Assembly: GCA_964599615.1 (NCBI GenBank)
Contig: CAZRGF010000002.1
Location: 15,696-79,695, forward strand
Length of the DNA: 64,000 nucleotides
Source: Candidatus Woesearchaeota archaeon
GTDB taxonomy: Archaea > Nanobdellota > Nanobdellia > Pacearchaeales > UBA284
Direction of reading: 5' to 3'
The notes beneath the pieces are model-generated. The model had not been told where the DNA came from, did not search any database, and saw nothing but the letters and a program-made list of their open reading frames with translations. Of this stretch, positions 1 through 8,380 are shown in pieces. The translations under genes were made by a program, and so were the position numbers. Each line of letters begins with the position of its first letter. The stretch's first letter is position 1.

Positions 1-1044
1 ATTTGTTTTCAGAGGTTCTATCTTAAGTTCTTTAGCATCTTTTTGACCGACTATTTCTTTGAATAATGAAGTCTTGATTTTTATTCTGTAAGTTATCTCA
101 GGCAGAGTTTTTTCTAAGCTTGCAATGCACCCAGTTAGAGAATCAGACTTTGTCATAAAAGGATCAAAATCTGTTTGTATAGCTAAGGAACCTGATGGGA
201 AAGCTTCTTCAAGTTCATTGTTCCCTGCTCTTAGGCCGATTATCTTTGTCTTAATTGTCCTGTAGATAGTTTGATCATGTTTCTTGAAACTATAACCTGG
301 TTTTATCTCGATAATATCTCCTTTTCTTAATTTGCCTTTTTTTAATATCCCCCCTAAGACTCCCCCCTTAAGTTCTGAAATTTTTGTTCCTGGTTTGTTT
401 ACATCAAAAGTTCTTGCTATCAAAAAAATAGGATTTGAATCTAAGTCTCTTTTTGGAATCTCAATTTGGTTTATCTGTTCTAGAACTTTGTCAATATTAA
501 CGTTTTGTTGGGCGCATATTGGGATTATCGGGGAGTTTTCAGCAACACTGTTTTTCATGAATCCTCTTATTTTTTTATATTGTTCAAGGGCTTTTTCTTT
601 TGAGACTAAATCAATCTTATTCTGAAGAATTATTATTTCCTTAACTCCTTTGCATTCTAATGCAAGCAAGTGTTCTTTTGTCTGTGGCTGGGGAAAAGGC
701 TCATTAGCAGCTATTACTAACAAAGCTGTGTCAATGATTGCTGCTCCTCCCAACATAGTTGCCATCAGCATCTCATGTCCTGGGGCGTCAATAAAACTGA
801 CATATTTTACTGGCTCTGCTTTAGAACCACAAGGACATTTTCCTATGACATAGCCGCATTTATCACATTTGTTTATATAAACATCAGCATATCCTAATTT
901 GATAGTAATCCCTCTTTTGAGTTCTTCGGAATGTTTGTCTGCCCAAATACCTGTTAGTCTGTACAGTATGGTGGTTTTTCCGTGGTCAATATGGCCAACT
1001 AATCCAATGTTCAACACAGGCTGTTTTGTAATTGTTGATTGCAT
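1..1044 (-). CDS. eif2g: translation initiation factor aIF2 gamma subunit (first ~348 codons; 3' end lies beyond window start)
   Basis: Own translation of minus strand from ATG at 1044: MQSTITKQPVLNIGLVGHIDHGKTT..SFIDAPGHEMLMATMLGGAAIIDTALLVIAANEP..LQNKIDL. GTPase G1-G4 motifs plus a CDKC..CPC zinc knuckle are typical of aIF2-gamma. Missing from the ORF track because no stop lies inside the window. Confidence 0.9.
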   Translation of the reverse strand, partial: MQSTITKQPVLNIGLVGHIDHGKTTILYRLTGIWADKHSEELKRGITIKLGYADVYINKCDKCGYVIGKCPCGSKAEPVKYVSFIDAPGHEMLMATMLGGAAIIDTALLVIAANEPFPQPQTKEHLLALECKGVKEIIILQNKIDLVSKEKALEQYKKIRGFMKNSVAENSPIIPICAQQNVNIDKVLEQINQIEIPKRDLDSNPIFLIARTFDVNKPGTKISELKGGVLGGILKKGKLRKGDIIEIKPGYSFKKHDQTIYRTIKTKIIGLRAGNNELEEAFPSGSLAIQTDFDPFMTKSDSLTGCIASLEKTLPEITYRIKIKTSLFKEIVGQKDAKELKIEPLKTN

Positions 1045-1068
1045 AAATCTAAGAGAAAAAGAGAGTTT

Positions 1069-1785
1069 TTAAGGTTGTTGATTCATTTTCTGTTCCTCGA
1101 CATATTGTTCCATCTTATTAAGATAACCTGCTTTTTCAAAAACTTTTCCTGCTTTTTTGCTAAGATCACAATACTCTAAATAGAGTTTTCTGAAATCAGG
1201 AGTAACAGAGTATGGATTATATCTATTAAGTGTATGGATAAGGTCGTTTACAACATATTCCAATCTTCCTAGAATTTTATCTATTTCTTTCAATGAACCT
1301 CTTTTATTGGTTTTTATCCACAACTTTATATCCTCTTTATGGGATTCAAGGAATTTAGGGATATTCTCAAGTCCTCTTTCTAAGTATGGTGTTAAAAATG
1401 CTTTGAGATCATCAGTTGATGTTGCTGCTTCTGTTAATTTTTCTCTTTCTTCTGGTTTTAATCCAGATAAATCTTCTCCAAAAAATTTTGTTGTCAAGTC
1501 TTGGGCTTCATTAAGAATTCTTCGTTTTTTTCTATTTTCGATTGCGTCTCCGAACCAACTCAAGTCTAATCTTTTCAATAGATTTTCATAAATTGTTCGG
1601 GGCATATTCCCCTGTTCTAAAAGGTCAACTGCTTCAGAAAAATTAACATATTTCTTTCCTATTCCTGTTTTCTTTTGTCTGCCATCTTGAAGTCTTTCTA
1701 TCAAATATTTTCCAACTGGGTCTGATACTGTTGGTTTGTCAATTATGGCATATTCTATCCCCTCTTTAACAATATATTTTACCAT
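1069..1785 (-). CDS. hypothetical protein
   Basis: 238-aa ORF, 24 nt upstream of the aIF2-gamma start on the same strand. No recognisable motif. Confidence 0.55.
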   Translation of the reverse strand: MVKYIVKEGIEYAIIDKPTVSDPVGKYLIERLQDGRQKKTGIGKKYVNFSEAVDLLEQGNMPRTIYENLLKRLDLSWFGDAIENRKKRRILNEAQDLTTKFFGEDLSGLKPEEREKLTEAATSTDDLKAFLTPYLERGLENIPKFLESHKEDIKLWIKTNKRGSLKEIDKILGRLEYVVNDLIHTLNRYNPYSVTPDFRKLYLEYCDLSKKAGKVFEKAGYLNKMEQYVEEQKMNQQP

Positions 1786-1808
1786 TGGTAGAATTATTCC
1801 TTGTCATT

Positions 1809-2309
1809 TTAATATTTTATGGCTTTAGCTTCTCGCAGTAATCCAAGAAGATAGTTTATTCCTGCTCTTTCGCCTCTTTCTTTTGAGATAAAGTATGCAT
1901 TTACTGCAGTCATAATAGCTTCAAAATGTTCTGTTTCAGAGTGTTCGTCAAATGAATAAATGAAAGGATTATGTCCTTTAGCTAAATCACTTATACTCTC
2001 TGGATCAGCTTCTCCTGGTAATAAAGTGTTCAATCTATTTGGATCTTCTCTTAATTGGTAGAAGGCATCCAATACATTTGCTAAAGGAATATCCTTGATA
2101 ATTAGTCTTTCTTTTTTAGGTCCAGATTTAGCTAAAAAATGCACGCCTTCATGATAAAAAACATTATTTTCTGAATTTATTGGGTAAATTGATGCACAAA
2201 CATGATATTTTCTACTATCTTCTGTTCCTTTAATTCTTGCATTAGTTGTAAATGGGGGATTATGTTTATTTATTTCCATATCTAATGAAAAACCAGAATT
2301 ATTCATCAT
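1809..2309 (-). CDS. hypothetical protein (probably the C-terminal part of a longer frame 1809-2522 interrupted by in-frame TAA at 2382-2384)
   Basis: 166-aa ORF. The same frame stays open upstream to an ATG at 2522 apart from one TAA. A TATA-like TTTAAATA lies ~20 nt upstream of the 2522 ATG, not of the 2309 ATG. Confidence 0.5.
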   Translation of the reverse strand: MMNNSGFSLDMEINKHNPPFTTNARIKGTEDSRKYHVCASIYPINSENNVFYHEGVHFLAKSGPKKERLIIKDIPLANVLDAFYQLREDPNRLNTLLPGEADPESISDLAKGHNPFIYSFDEHSETEHFEAIMTAVNAYFISKERGERAGINYLLGLLREAKAIKY

Positions 2310-2542
2310 ACCTTCTGCTAGAGCAGCTTTTTCACTTGTTTGAAGAGGTTCTCCGAATATGTCTACTAAATGTGAATAAACTTAATGCATTCTTGTAAAG
2401 TCTTTAGGATTATGAGAAAGGTTTATTCTCAAAGAATTTGGCCATATTATGGTTCCATATTTTTCTATTTCGCTCCTTAAAACAGCTTGCGCTTCTCCTA
2501 TATTTCTGACTTGTGTTTTCATGATATATTAAGGTTTTATAG

Positions 2543-2550
2543 TATTTAAA
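2543..2550 (-). promoter_or_regulatory. TATA-box-like element (TTTAAATA on minus strand)
   Basis: 20 nt upstream of the ATG at 2522. Confidence 0.4.
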
Positions 2551-2591
2551 CCTTTTTATAAATGTCTCTTACAAGTAGTTACAAAATAGAA

Positions 2592-3032
2592 TTATTGCGC
2601 AGCTTGCTCTGTTGGAGCTTCTGCGGGAGCATCGGTTTTAGGGACTTCTTCTTTTCCAAGAATTTTTGCTACTGTTTTTGAACCTGCTTTCACGACTTTT
2701 AGATTAATTTGGACCATGCTTTCAGTGATTATATTTGCGTGAACTGTTTTTTTGATTCTTAGGCCTTGAGGTTTCTTTGCTTTCATGCCTTTGCCCTTTA
2801 TCATCAAAATTCTCTTTAAACCTGTTCCAGAAACACTTGCTAAAACAGGATGTCCAGAGATGTTAGAAGCGCCTGTTATCTCAAATTCATAGTCTGCAAA
2901 GTCAGGGAATTCTTTAATATTGGCTCCTTTGACAACTGAGCCTATTTTTTTTCCTATAAATGGTTCTAAAGCAGATTCTACATGAAATGTTTTTTTCTCT
3001 GCTGGTGAGCCGATGTCTAATTTGATTGGCAT
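2592..3032 (-). CDS. rps6e: 30S ribosomal protein S6e
   Basis: 146 aa. ITGASNISGHPV..GLKRILMIKGKGMK..GLRIKKTVHANII matches the conserved S6e core. Confidence 0.9.
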   Translation of the reverse strand: MPIKLDIGSPAEKKTFHVESALEPFIGKKIGSVVKGANIKEFPDFADYEFEITGASNISGHPVLASVSGTGLKRILMIKGKGMKAKKPQGLRIKKTVHANIITESMVQINLKVVKAGSKTVAKILGKEEVPKTDAPAEAPTEQAAQ

Positions 3033-3281
3033 AAAAATTAGATTGAAATATAGTTTAAAAAGCTATCTGTAAAAGGCTTTGTCTGTATGTTGTTTATCTA
3101 TATGTAGGTATCTGGGCGTAGTTATACCTGTGCTTCGGGAGTTCTTGAATACAGACTAGTTAATCTTGCTATTAATGATATTCTTGTAAGTTTATAACTG
3201 ATTAACTTCTTATTCTGATTTTATTGTAATTTAATAATGACTAAAAAGATAGTTTTATAAATTGAATATTTTTTATATTTT

Positions 3282-3989
3282 ATGGTTAAATTAAGTCAAG
3301 ATCAATTGACTATGCTTAAAGAAGAGTATGGTAAACTGATAGGGATTTATCAAAGTCAAGTTGATGAATTATTTCATAAACATACGCAAGAAGATGGTGT
3401 AGCTAATCGCATCTGCCCAAAGTGTCATAATGACAACAATGTTGATAGTATTAAGAGAATTCAAGGTGAAGTAAAAGGAGAATTTCATTCTTCTTCAGAC
3501 TATTTTTTGTTTGGAGGGTTTAGTTCCTCTAGCGGGAGTTTAGAAGGCCAGTTAGATACAAATCCAGTTCATAAATGCACCAAGTGTGGTAATGAATGGA
3601 AGTATACTGCTCATGAGTATTCTGATGATGCAGAAGAGGTAATGCGTTCAATGTTTTATCCTGTTTTTGAATATTTTAAATTTAAAAAACAGGCTGATGA
3701 AGCAAAATTTGATCCTGATGATTTGACTGAGAAATTTAATTCATTAGACGAGAAAGTCAAATATTATGTAAATCAAGCTAAAGATAAATTAGTACCACGA
3801 AGTGTTTTGAGAGACTATCCTGCTATGACTATTACTCAATTCTTGAAAAATAAGGGTTATAACCTCCCTTCATATATCAAAGATATAAGAGAGTGGGATG
3901 AGTCTTATTTTGAAGAATGGGGATGTAAAAAAATAGAACAGCCCAAAATTGAGAAGAAAAAGAGGAGAAAGTTTTTAGGAATATTTTAG
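3282..3989 (+). CDS. hypothetical zinc-ribbon protein
   Basis: 235 aa. CPKC..(~50 aa)..CTKC cysteine pairs; lysine-rich C-terminus. Confidence 0.55.
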   Translation: MVKLSQDQLTMLKEEYGKLIGIYQSQVDELFHKHTQEDGVANRICPKCHNDNNVDSIKRIQGEVKGEFHSSSDYFLFGGFSSSSGSLEGQLDTNPVHKCTKCGNEWKYTAHEYSDDAEEVMRSMFYPVFEYFKFKKQADEAKFDPDDLTEKFNSLDEKVKYYVNQAKDKLVPRSVLRDYPAMTITQFLKNKGYNLPSYIKDIREWDESYFEEWGCKKIEQPKIEKKKRRKFLGIF

Positions 3990-4957
3990 TCATTCAAAAC
4001 GCATTCTTTTGCGTCTTTGTCATTTCTTAACCTGACTATTTCTGGCAGGATGAACTCATTCTTTAGGGTTTTTTCCTTGAATTTGATTTTGGCGGTCAAT
4101 AAAGGTTTGAGCCAAGAAATCTGTTCTTTGTTTTCTGAAAGATAGATTAAATCTTCTTTGGCTATTGTTGGGTCTTCAGAAATAATTGATTTCATCCTCG
4201 ATTTTATATGCTGTTTTGTTTTTGGGTCCACGTTTTCTTCAGAAACTCTGCCAGCGTATCTGAAGGCGTCTGTTTTTTCATTGTATTTTGCTAAGATAAT
4301 ATCAGAAAAATTTTCAGCTTTTTTTACTAAGCCAGCTATAATAACATTAGTTTGGTTCAGGTTATTTATCTTTAACCAGGACCAGTTCTTTCCATTTGGG
4401 ATGTATCTTGAATTCATTTCTTTCGCAACCATGCCATTAAGTTTTTGGTTTTCTATCTGTTTCCAGAGATCTTTTCCTTGCAAAGTGTAGGGCGCGATAG
4501 TTATATGGGGCCCGTTTTCTATAACTTTTTTTAGTTTCAATTTCCTTGATTTTAATGGTTCATTTGCTAGGCTGTAATTATCTATTTCCAGGATATCAAA
4601 TATAATTACTGTTGCAGGAAATTGTTTGCTTTTCGTTTTGTTTTTAGAAGGGTTTTTTGAAAGTTCTCTTTGCTGCAATAAACTAGCATCAGGAACTTTC
4701 TTCTCATTCAAGACAATCAAAATCCCATCCAAAATACATGATTTTGTCTTGATATAGGCAGGCAAATCCAGCATTTCGGGATATAGCTCAATCAAGTCTT
4801 TTTTCTTTTTATTAAAAATAGCAATACTTCCTTTGTCTTTGTAGATTAGAACTCGGGTGCCGTCAAAACATGGCTCGAAAAGGTAGCCTACTAGGTTCGG
4901 CCTGTCTAGAATAGCCCTGTCCCCTAGCTGTGTTTTCATAGGTTCATAGATTTCCAT
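3986..4957 (-). CDS. minimal ATP-dependent DNA ligase homolog (adenylation + OB domains) with degenerate catalytic motifs
   Basis: 323 aa. Ligase-like motif series: EPCFDGTR (motif I position), ILDGILIV (III), IIFDIL (IIIa), NGMVAKE (IV), WSWLKIN (V), RLRNDKD (VI). The motif I Lys position is Cys (TGT at 4868-4870). Confidence 0.7.
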   Translation of the reverse strand: MEIYEPMKTQLGDRAILDRPNLVGYLFEPCFDGTRVLIYKDKGSIAIFNKKKKDLIELYPEMLDLPAYIKTKSCILDGILIVLNEKKVPDASLLQQRELSKNPSKNKTKSKQFPATVIIFDILEIDNYSLANEPLKSRKLKLKKVIENGPHITIAPYTLQGKDLWKQIENQKLNGMVAKEMNSRYIPNGKNWSWLKINNLNQTNVIIAGLVKKAENFSDIILAKYNEKTDAFRYAGRVSEENVDPKTKQHIKSRMKSIISEDPTIAKEDLIYLSENKEQISWLKPLLTAKIKFKEKTLKNEFILPEIVRLRNDKDAKECVLND

Positions 4958-5010
4958 GTTCTCTTTTGTACATAACCCTGAAAAGTATTCGGCTTAAATA
5001 TTTTTCTTTG

Positions 5011-5664
5011 TCAAATTTTGGTCGATTTTGCTTTAAGAACAAATTGTTTTACTTTCTCTAAGTCTTTGCCCTGGTTGTTTTCTAGGTCTGTCCTGGTTTT
5101 TGAATCAACACCATATGGCTTTAATTTTTTTATTGCTTCTTGTACATTATCTGGGCCTAACCCCCCTGCGAGAATAACAGGAATTTTTATTTGTTCAATA
5201 ATTTTTTTGCTTATTCCCCAATCATGAACTAAACCAGTTGCCCCAGTTTGATTGTCTCCTTGTTTGTAGGTGTCAAGAATGAGATAATCTGCTAATTTGC
5301 TGTATTCTCTTGCTAAATCAATGCTCTTTTCATCAATCACTGCTATTCCTAGCATTATCTTCAGTTTTGGAAATTTTTTTATTATATTTTTTACTGTACT
5401 GAGTTCATTTTCTTTTGGATAAATCTGCAGAATGTCTGGTTTTGTCTTGATGATTATTTCTTGTAATTCTTTTTCATCTAACGAGATAGACAGTACCACT
5501 TTTTTTGATTTTTTTAGAACATTGGATATTGTTCTGGCTTTTTCACAACTTATTTCTCGAGGATATTTGCCTTTTCCGACAAGCATTCCTACATGGTCTA
5601 CCCCTAGCTCTTCAAGTTTTTTTGCTTCATCTTCATTTATAACTTCATATATCTGTACTATCAT
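5011..5664 (-). CDS. phosphoribosylanthranilate isomerase (TrpF)-like TIM-barrel protein
   Basis: ATGLVHDW..PVILAGGLGPDNVQEAI..PYGVDSKTRTD resembles the TrpF C-terminal half. I prefer the internal ATG at 5664 (MIVQIYEV) with an ATTATAAA box ~24 nt upstream; the track ORF extends to 5745. Confidence 0.6.
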   Translation of the reverse strand: MIVQIYEVINEDEAKKLEELGVDHVGMLVGKGKYPREISCEKARTISNVLKKSKKVVLSISLDEKELQEIIIKTKPDILQIYPKENELSTVKNIIKKFPKLKIMLGIAVIDEKSIDLAREYSKLADYLILDTYKQGDNQTGATGLVHDWGISKKIIEQIKIPVILAGGLGPDNVQEAIKKLKPYGVDSKTRTDLENNQGKDLEKVKQFVLKAKSTKI

Positions 5665-5833
5665 TTTATCTTTAATACAAAGGCGTTTATAATTTTTGCT
5701 TCTTTTTGGATAATTGATTTTTACAGCATGCTTTGATAGTTGCAAAAAGTCAAAAATCTGCTAATTTTTGCTTATGCTAGAAAATTATAAATTTTCTGCA
5801 TACTATAAATGGTTCATTTCTAGTATAATAAAG

Positions 5834-5841
5834 TTTATAAA
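5834..5841 (+). promoter_or_regulatory. TATA-box-like element TTTATAAA
   Basis: 20 nt upstream of the ATG at 5862. Confidence 0.45.
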
Positions 5842-5861
5842 CATAGATTTTTTCTCTTGTG

Positions 5862-6140
5862 ATGGCAAATTCATGTCCGTGGTGCGGTAAACCACTTGAA
5901 AAAAAATTGGTTCAAAATAAAGATAAAATCAGAGAAATTTGTGCTAGATGTGGTTATAAAATAAGAGAATATAACAGGCCTGAGCAGCCTAAAAAAGCTG
6001 AAGAACAACAACCACAAGTCCTTGAAATCAGAGATTCTGAAAGACCGGTGTCCAAACAGAAGCCTATTTGGCCATGGATAATCGGGGGATTAGTAATAAT
6101 TCTTGCAATAATCTTTATTGTGAAATACTGGATTTTATAA
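5862..6140 (+). CDS. small zinc-ribbon membrane protein
   Basis: CPWC..CARC at the N-terminus, C-terminal hydrophobic helix WPWIIGGLVIILAIIFIV. TTTATAAA lies at 5834-5841. Confidence 0.5.
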   Translation: MANSCPWCGKPLEKKLVQNKDKIREICARCGYKIREYNRPEQPKKAEEQQPQVLEIRDSERPVSKQKPIWPWIIGGLVIILAIIFIVKYWIL

Positions 6141-6230
6141 TTTTCAATCTAAAAATAATTAAATCTTTATCTTTCTAAGTTTTAACTATCTTTCAGAAAA
6201 CTTAGAAATTGGTTTTAAGGTTTAGTTCTT

Positions 6231-6369
6231 TAACTTGACTTCGCCAAATGCGAGTTAAGCTGCAATGGATTATGCTTCTAATCTCCTAACCTTTTTCAAA
6301 AATTCTTCGAAAACAAGAATCAAGGACAAAATCAAAATACTTTAAATTATGTCTGGCAAAGTCAAGTTA
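6231..6369 (+). mobile_element. MITE-like repeat, copy A
   Basis: Starts TAACTTGACTTCGCCA and ends TGGCAAAGTCAAGTTA (inverted). The interior shares AATGCGAGTTA and AATTCTTCGAAAACA blocks with the other copies. Confidence 0.6.
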
Positions 6370-6375
6370 GAATGT

Positions 6376-6515
6376 TTGACTTCGCCAAATGCGAGTTACG
6401 CTGCAATAAATCCCATTGGGGTTTATTCTCAATTTCACAAAGAATTTTTCAAAGACAAAAGCTAAGAATCAAATCAAGATAATTTACACTTAAACCTATA
6501 GATGGCAAAGTCAAG
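6376..6515 (+). mobile_element. MITE-like repeat, copy B (tandem to A)
   Basis: TTTGACTTCGCCAAATGCGAGTTA ... TGGCAAAGTCAAG. Same orientation as copy A, 6 nt after it. Confidence 0.6.
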
Positions 6516-6624
6516 CTATAAGTGTAAAGTCTACAATTATTTCGCTAATTTAACTGGAAGAACAACAGATTTAATTTATAATATGGGTCTTATGTGTTTA
6601 GTTAATATTTTTGTGGGGATTGAT

Positions 6625-7023
6625 TTAGAGACAACATTCTAGGTTGGTTTTTGCTTCATGTAATACACGGATAGCATTAAAGTGAGCATAACCCCTTACA
6701 ACATCTGCTTTGTTAAGCCTAGCAATCATACTTATGTGGTTCTCAACATCATCGGGACTATTTGTTCCAATATTAGAATTATTAAATAAAGTTGAAAGGT
6801 GATCTGGTGACAGATGAGTGTTTAAGACATCATCATAGACTGTAAACCGAACACCAGAGTCTACTGTGCATAGTATTTGCAAAGGATACTTCTCATGATA
6901 CGAAAGAGATGCGTATATATCATCAGGCCTCCTTATTGAAGCAGGAATTTGTTCTTTTGGTTCACTGATATAGTCATAAAGGACATAAAGTTTTCTTGGT
7001 TCTTTTTTTGCTTTTTTTACCAT
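6625..7023 (-). CDS. hypothetical protein, tandem paralog family 1
   Basis: 132 aa. Shares KEPRKLYVLY.., NSNIGT..P.., NKA.VVR.YAH..A.R..H.A with 7064-7495. Confidence 0.6.
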   Translation of the reverse strand: MVKKAKKEPRKLYVLYDYISEPKEQIPASIRRPDDIYASLSYHEKYPLQILCTVDSGVRFTVYDDVLNTHLSPDHLSTLFNNSNIGTNSPDDVENHISMIARLNKADVVRGYAHFNAIRVLHEAKTNLECCL

Positions 7024-7063
7024 TTTTTATTTATACTCTAGCGGATTTTGTTAGAACAGCATT

Positions 7064-7495
7064 TTATAGAATAGAGTCAAGACTCTTCTTTGCATTTCCT
7101 GCGTGGTGTATGGTTCTTGCAGCAAGATTATGCGCATAAGTTCTTACTACCTGCGCTTTGTTATAATCTGCAACCATCTTTATGAATTCCTCAGCATTAA
7201 ATGGGTCATCAGTGCCAATATTTGAATTGTCAAAATAATTTGAGATACAATTTGTTGATTCTTCTCCGCATGTAAGATTATTATGAACCTTAAATTTGAT
7301 CTCAGACCAGGCAGTGCACAAAAGTTCTGAAGGATATTTTTCTTGATAGCGAATAAATGCGTAGATGTCATTATTTCTTCTTTCTTTTTCAGGGACTTGT
7401 TTTTTGTCTTCTTGCAAATCTCCACGAACCAGACTATAGAGAACATAAAGTTTTCTTGGTTCCTGCTTTGTTTTTTGATTTATTGTTTTTACCAT
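7064..7495 (-). CDS. hypothetical protein, tandem paralog family 1
   Basis: 143 aa. Clear paralog of 6625-7023. Confidence 0.6.
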   Translation of the reverse strand: MVKTINQKTKQEPRKLYVLYSLVRGDLQEDKKQVPEKERRNNDIYAFIRYQEKYPSELLCTAWSEIKFKVHNNLTCGEESTNCISNYFDNSNIGTDDPFNAEEFIKMVADYNKAQVVRTYAHNLAARTIHHAGNAKKSLDSIL

Positions 7496-7515
7496 TTTTT
7501 TATTTTTTAGGTTAA

Positions 7516-7917
7516 TTAGAGCAAGCTATGTGCTTCTTCCACCTCGACATGGTGTTTTCTGAGAGCATCAACCATTGATTGATATTGAAGGCCTTGTTTT
7601 ATCAGTACAGTATAACTTGAGGGGTCTAAAACTGCTTCATTCTGTTTTACTAAATCATCAATAAATTCTATACAGTCTTTAAATTTTGGTGAATCATCAC
7701 CAAAGAAAAAACCCTCTGTCTTGACTTCAAGTCCTGAATGAATTTCTCCAGAAGTTGCGGTGTATTTTATTGTATATTTGGAGGATTTAGCTGTAACATT
7801 TAACTTGAAATCTTTTGTTAACCAGCTCTGGACATTTGTCCATAATGTGCAGTAGATTGTATCTTCAGCTAGTTTTTCTGGAATTTTGTAGTATAGTTTA
7901 ATTTTTCTTTGTTCCAT
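7516..7917 (-). CDS. hypothetical protein, distant member of family 1
   Basis: 133 aa. Weaker resemblance (FGDDSPKFKDCIEFIDDLVKQNEA versus NIGTDDPFNAEEFIKMVADYNKA). Same strand, tandem. Confidence 0.5.
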   Translation of the reverse strand: MEQRKIKLYYKIPEKLAEDTIYCTLWTNVQSWLTKDFKLNVTAKSSKYTIKYTATSGEIHSGLEVKTEGFFFGDDSPKFKDCIEFIDDLVKQNEAVLDPSSYTVLIKQGLQYQSMVDALRKHHVEVEEAHSLL

Positions 7918-8005
7918 GGCTTTTTACAAATTCATGATTTATAAAGAATATGCTAAAAAAACATATATATCATTGATTACAATATTCAGAAAGATATTAG
8001 GATTA

Positions 8006-8311
8006 CTATCGAAGATATTGCAAAATTGGATCGTCTGCAGATAATACTGGTCTTGTTTCTCCACCAAAGTTCTCTGGATTTGCTAGTATCTCTAATGATC
8101 TAGTTAATTTGTAGAACTCTGGATCTTGTGAAAGTATTTGACCATATGTTTTTGTAACAAAACCTTTTGCTCCACCAAGTGTTTTTTTAGCACGAGCATA
8201 ACCTAATGAAACAAGACTATCTCTAACTTTGTTGCCCCGGCTTACTATCTCCATTGAATCTCTTGTACCTGTGGTTCTTATTTGTTCCGCAACACTTAAT
8301 CTTTCAGAGTT
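8006..8311 (-). pseudogene. 3' fragment of a third SPFH/band-7 paralog
   Basis: The frame is open from 8311. SERLSVAEQIRTTGTRDS..SQDPEFYKLTRSLEILANPENFGGETRPVL aligns with the last ~100 aa of 8381-9451 (AERRSVAERIRAWGTRES..SQDPEFYKLVRSLDILGDRNNFGPETKLVL). The N-terminal ~250 aa equivalent is absent. Confidence 0.55.
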
Positions 8312-8380
8312 TTAACTAGACAATAAATTAGTCTATTTCTGTTTGAAATAAATTAAAGAAAATATCTTCAGATTTTAGAA

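Noticed and set aside
332-853. Track ORFs 332-625 and 650-853 on the plus strand
   Set aside because: They lie antisense to the clearly homologous aIF2-gamma gene and have low-complexity Phe/Ile/Ser-rich translations typical of shadow ORFs in AT-rich DNA.
3170-3235. Candidate C/D box sRNA (AATGATA .. CTGA .. CTGA) in the rps6e upstream region
   Set aside because: The C box is imperfect, there is no C' box, and the spacing is too short for the canonical C-D'-C'-D layout. Such short matches are expected by chance in AT-rich DNA.
6231-6515. Possibility that the tandem repeats at 6.2 kb and 13.2 kb are a CRISPR array
   Set aside because: The repeat units are ~135 bp with terminal inverted repeats and directly abut each other. 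There are no 25-40 bp repeats separated by unique spacers, and no cas genes are present.
7180-7446. 88-aa minus-strand ORF nested in another frame of 7064-7495
   Set aside because: The overlapping 143-aa frame has a clear paralog next door (6625-7023). The nested frame has no support.
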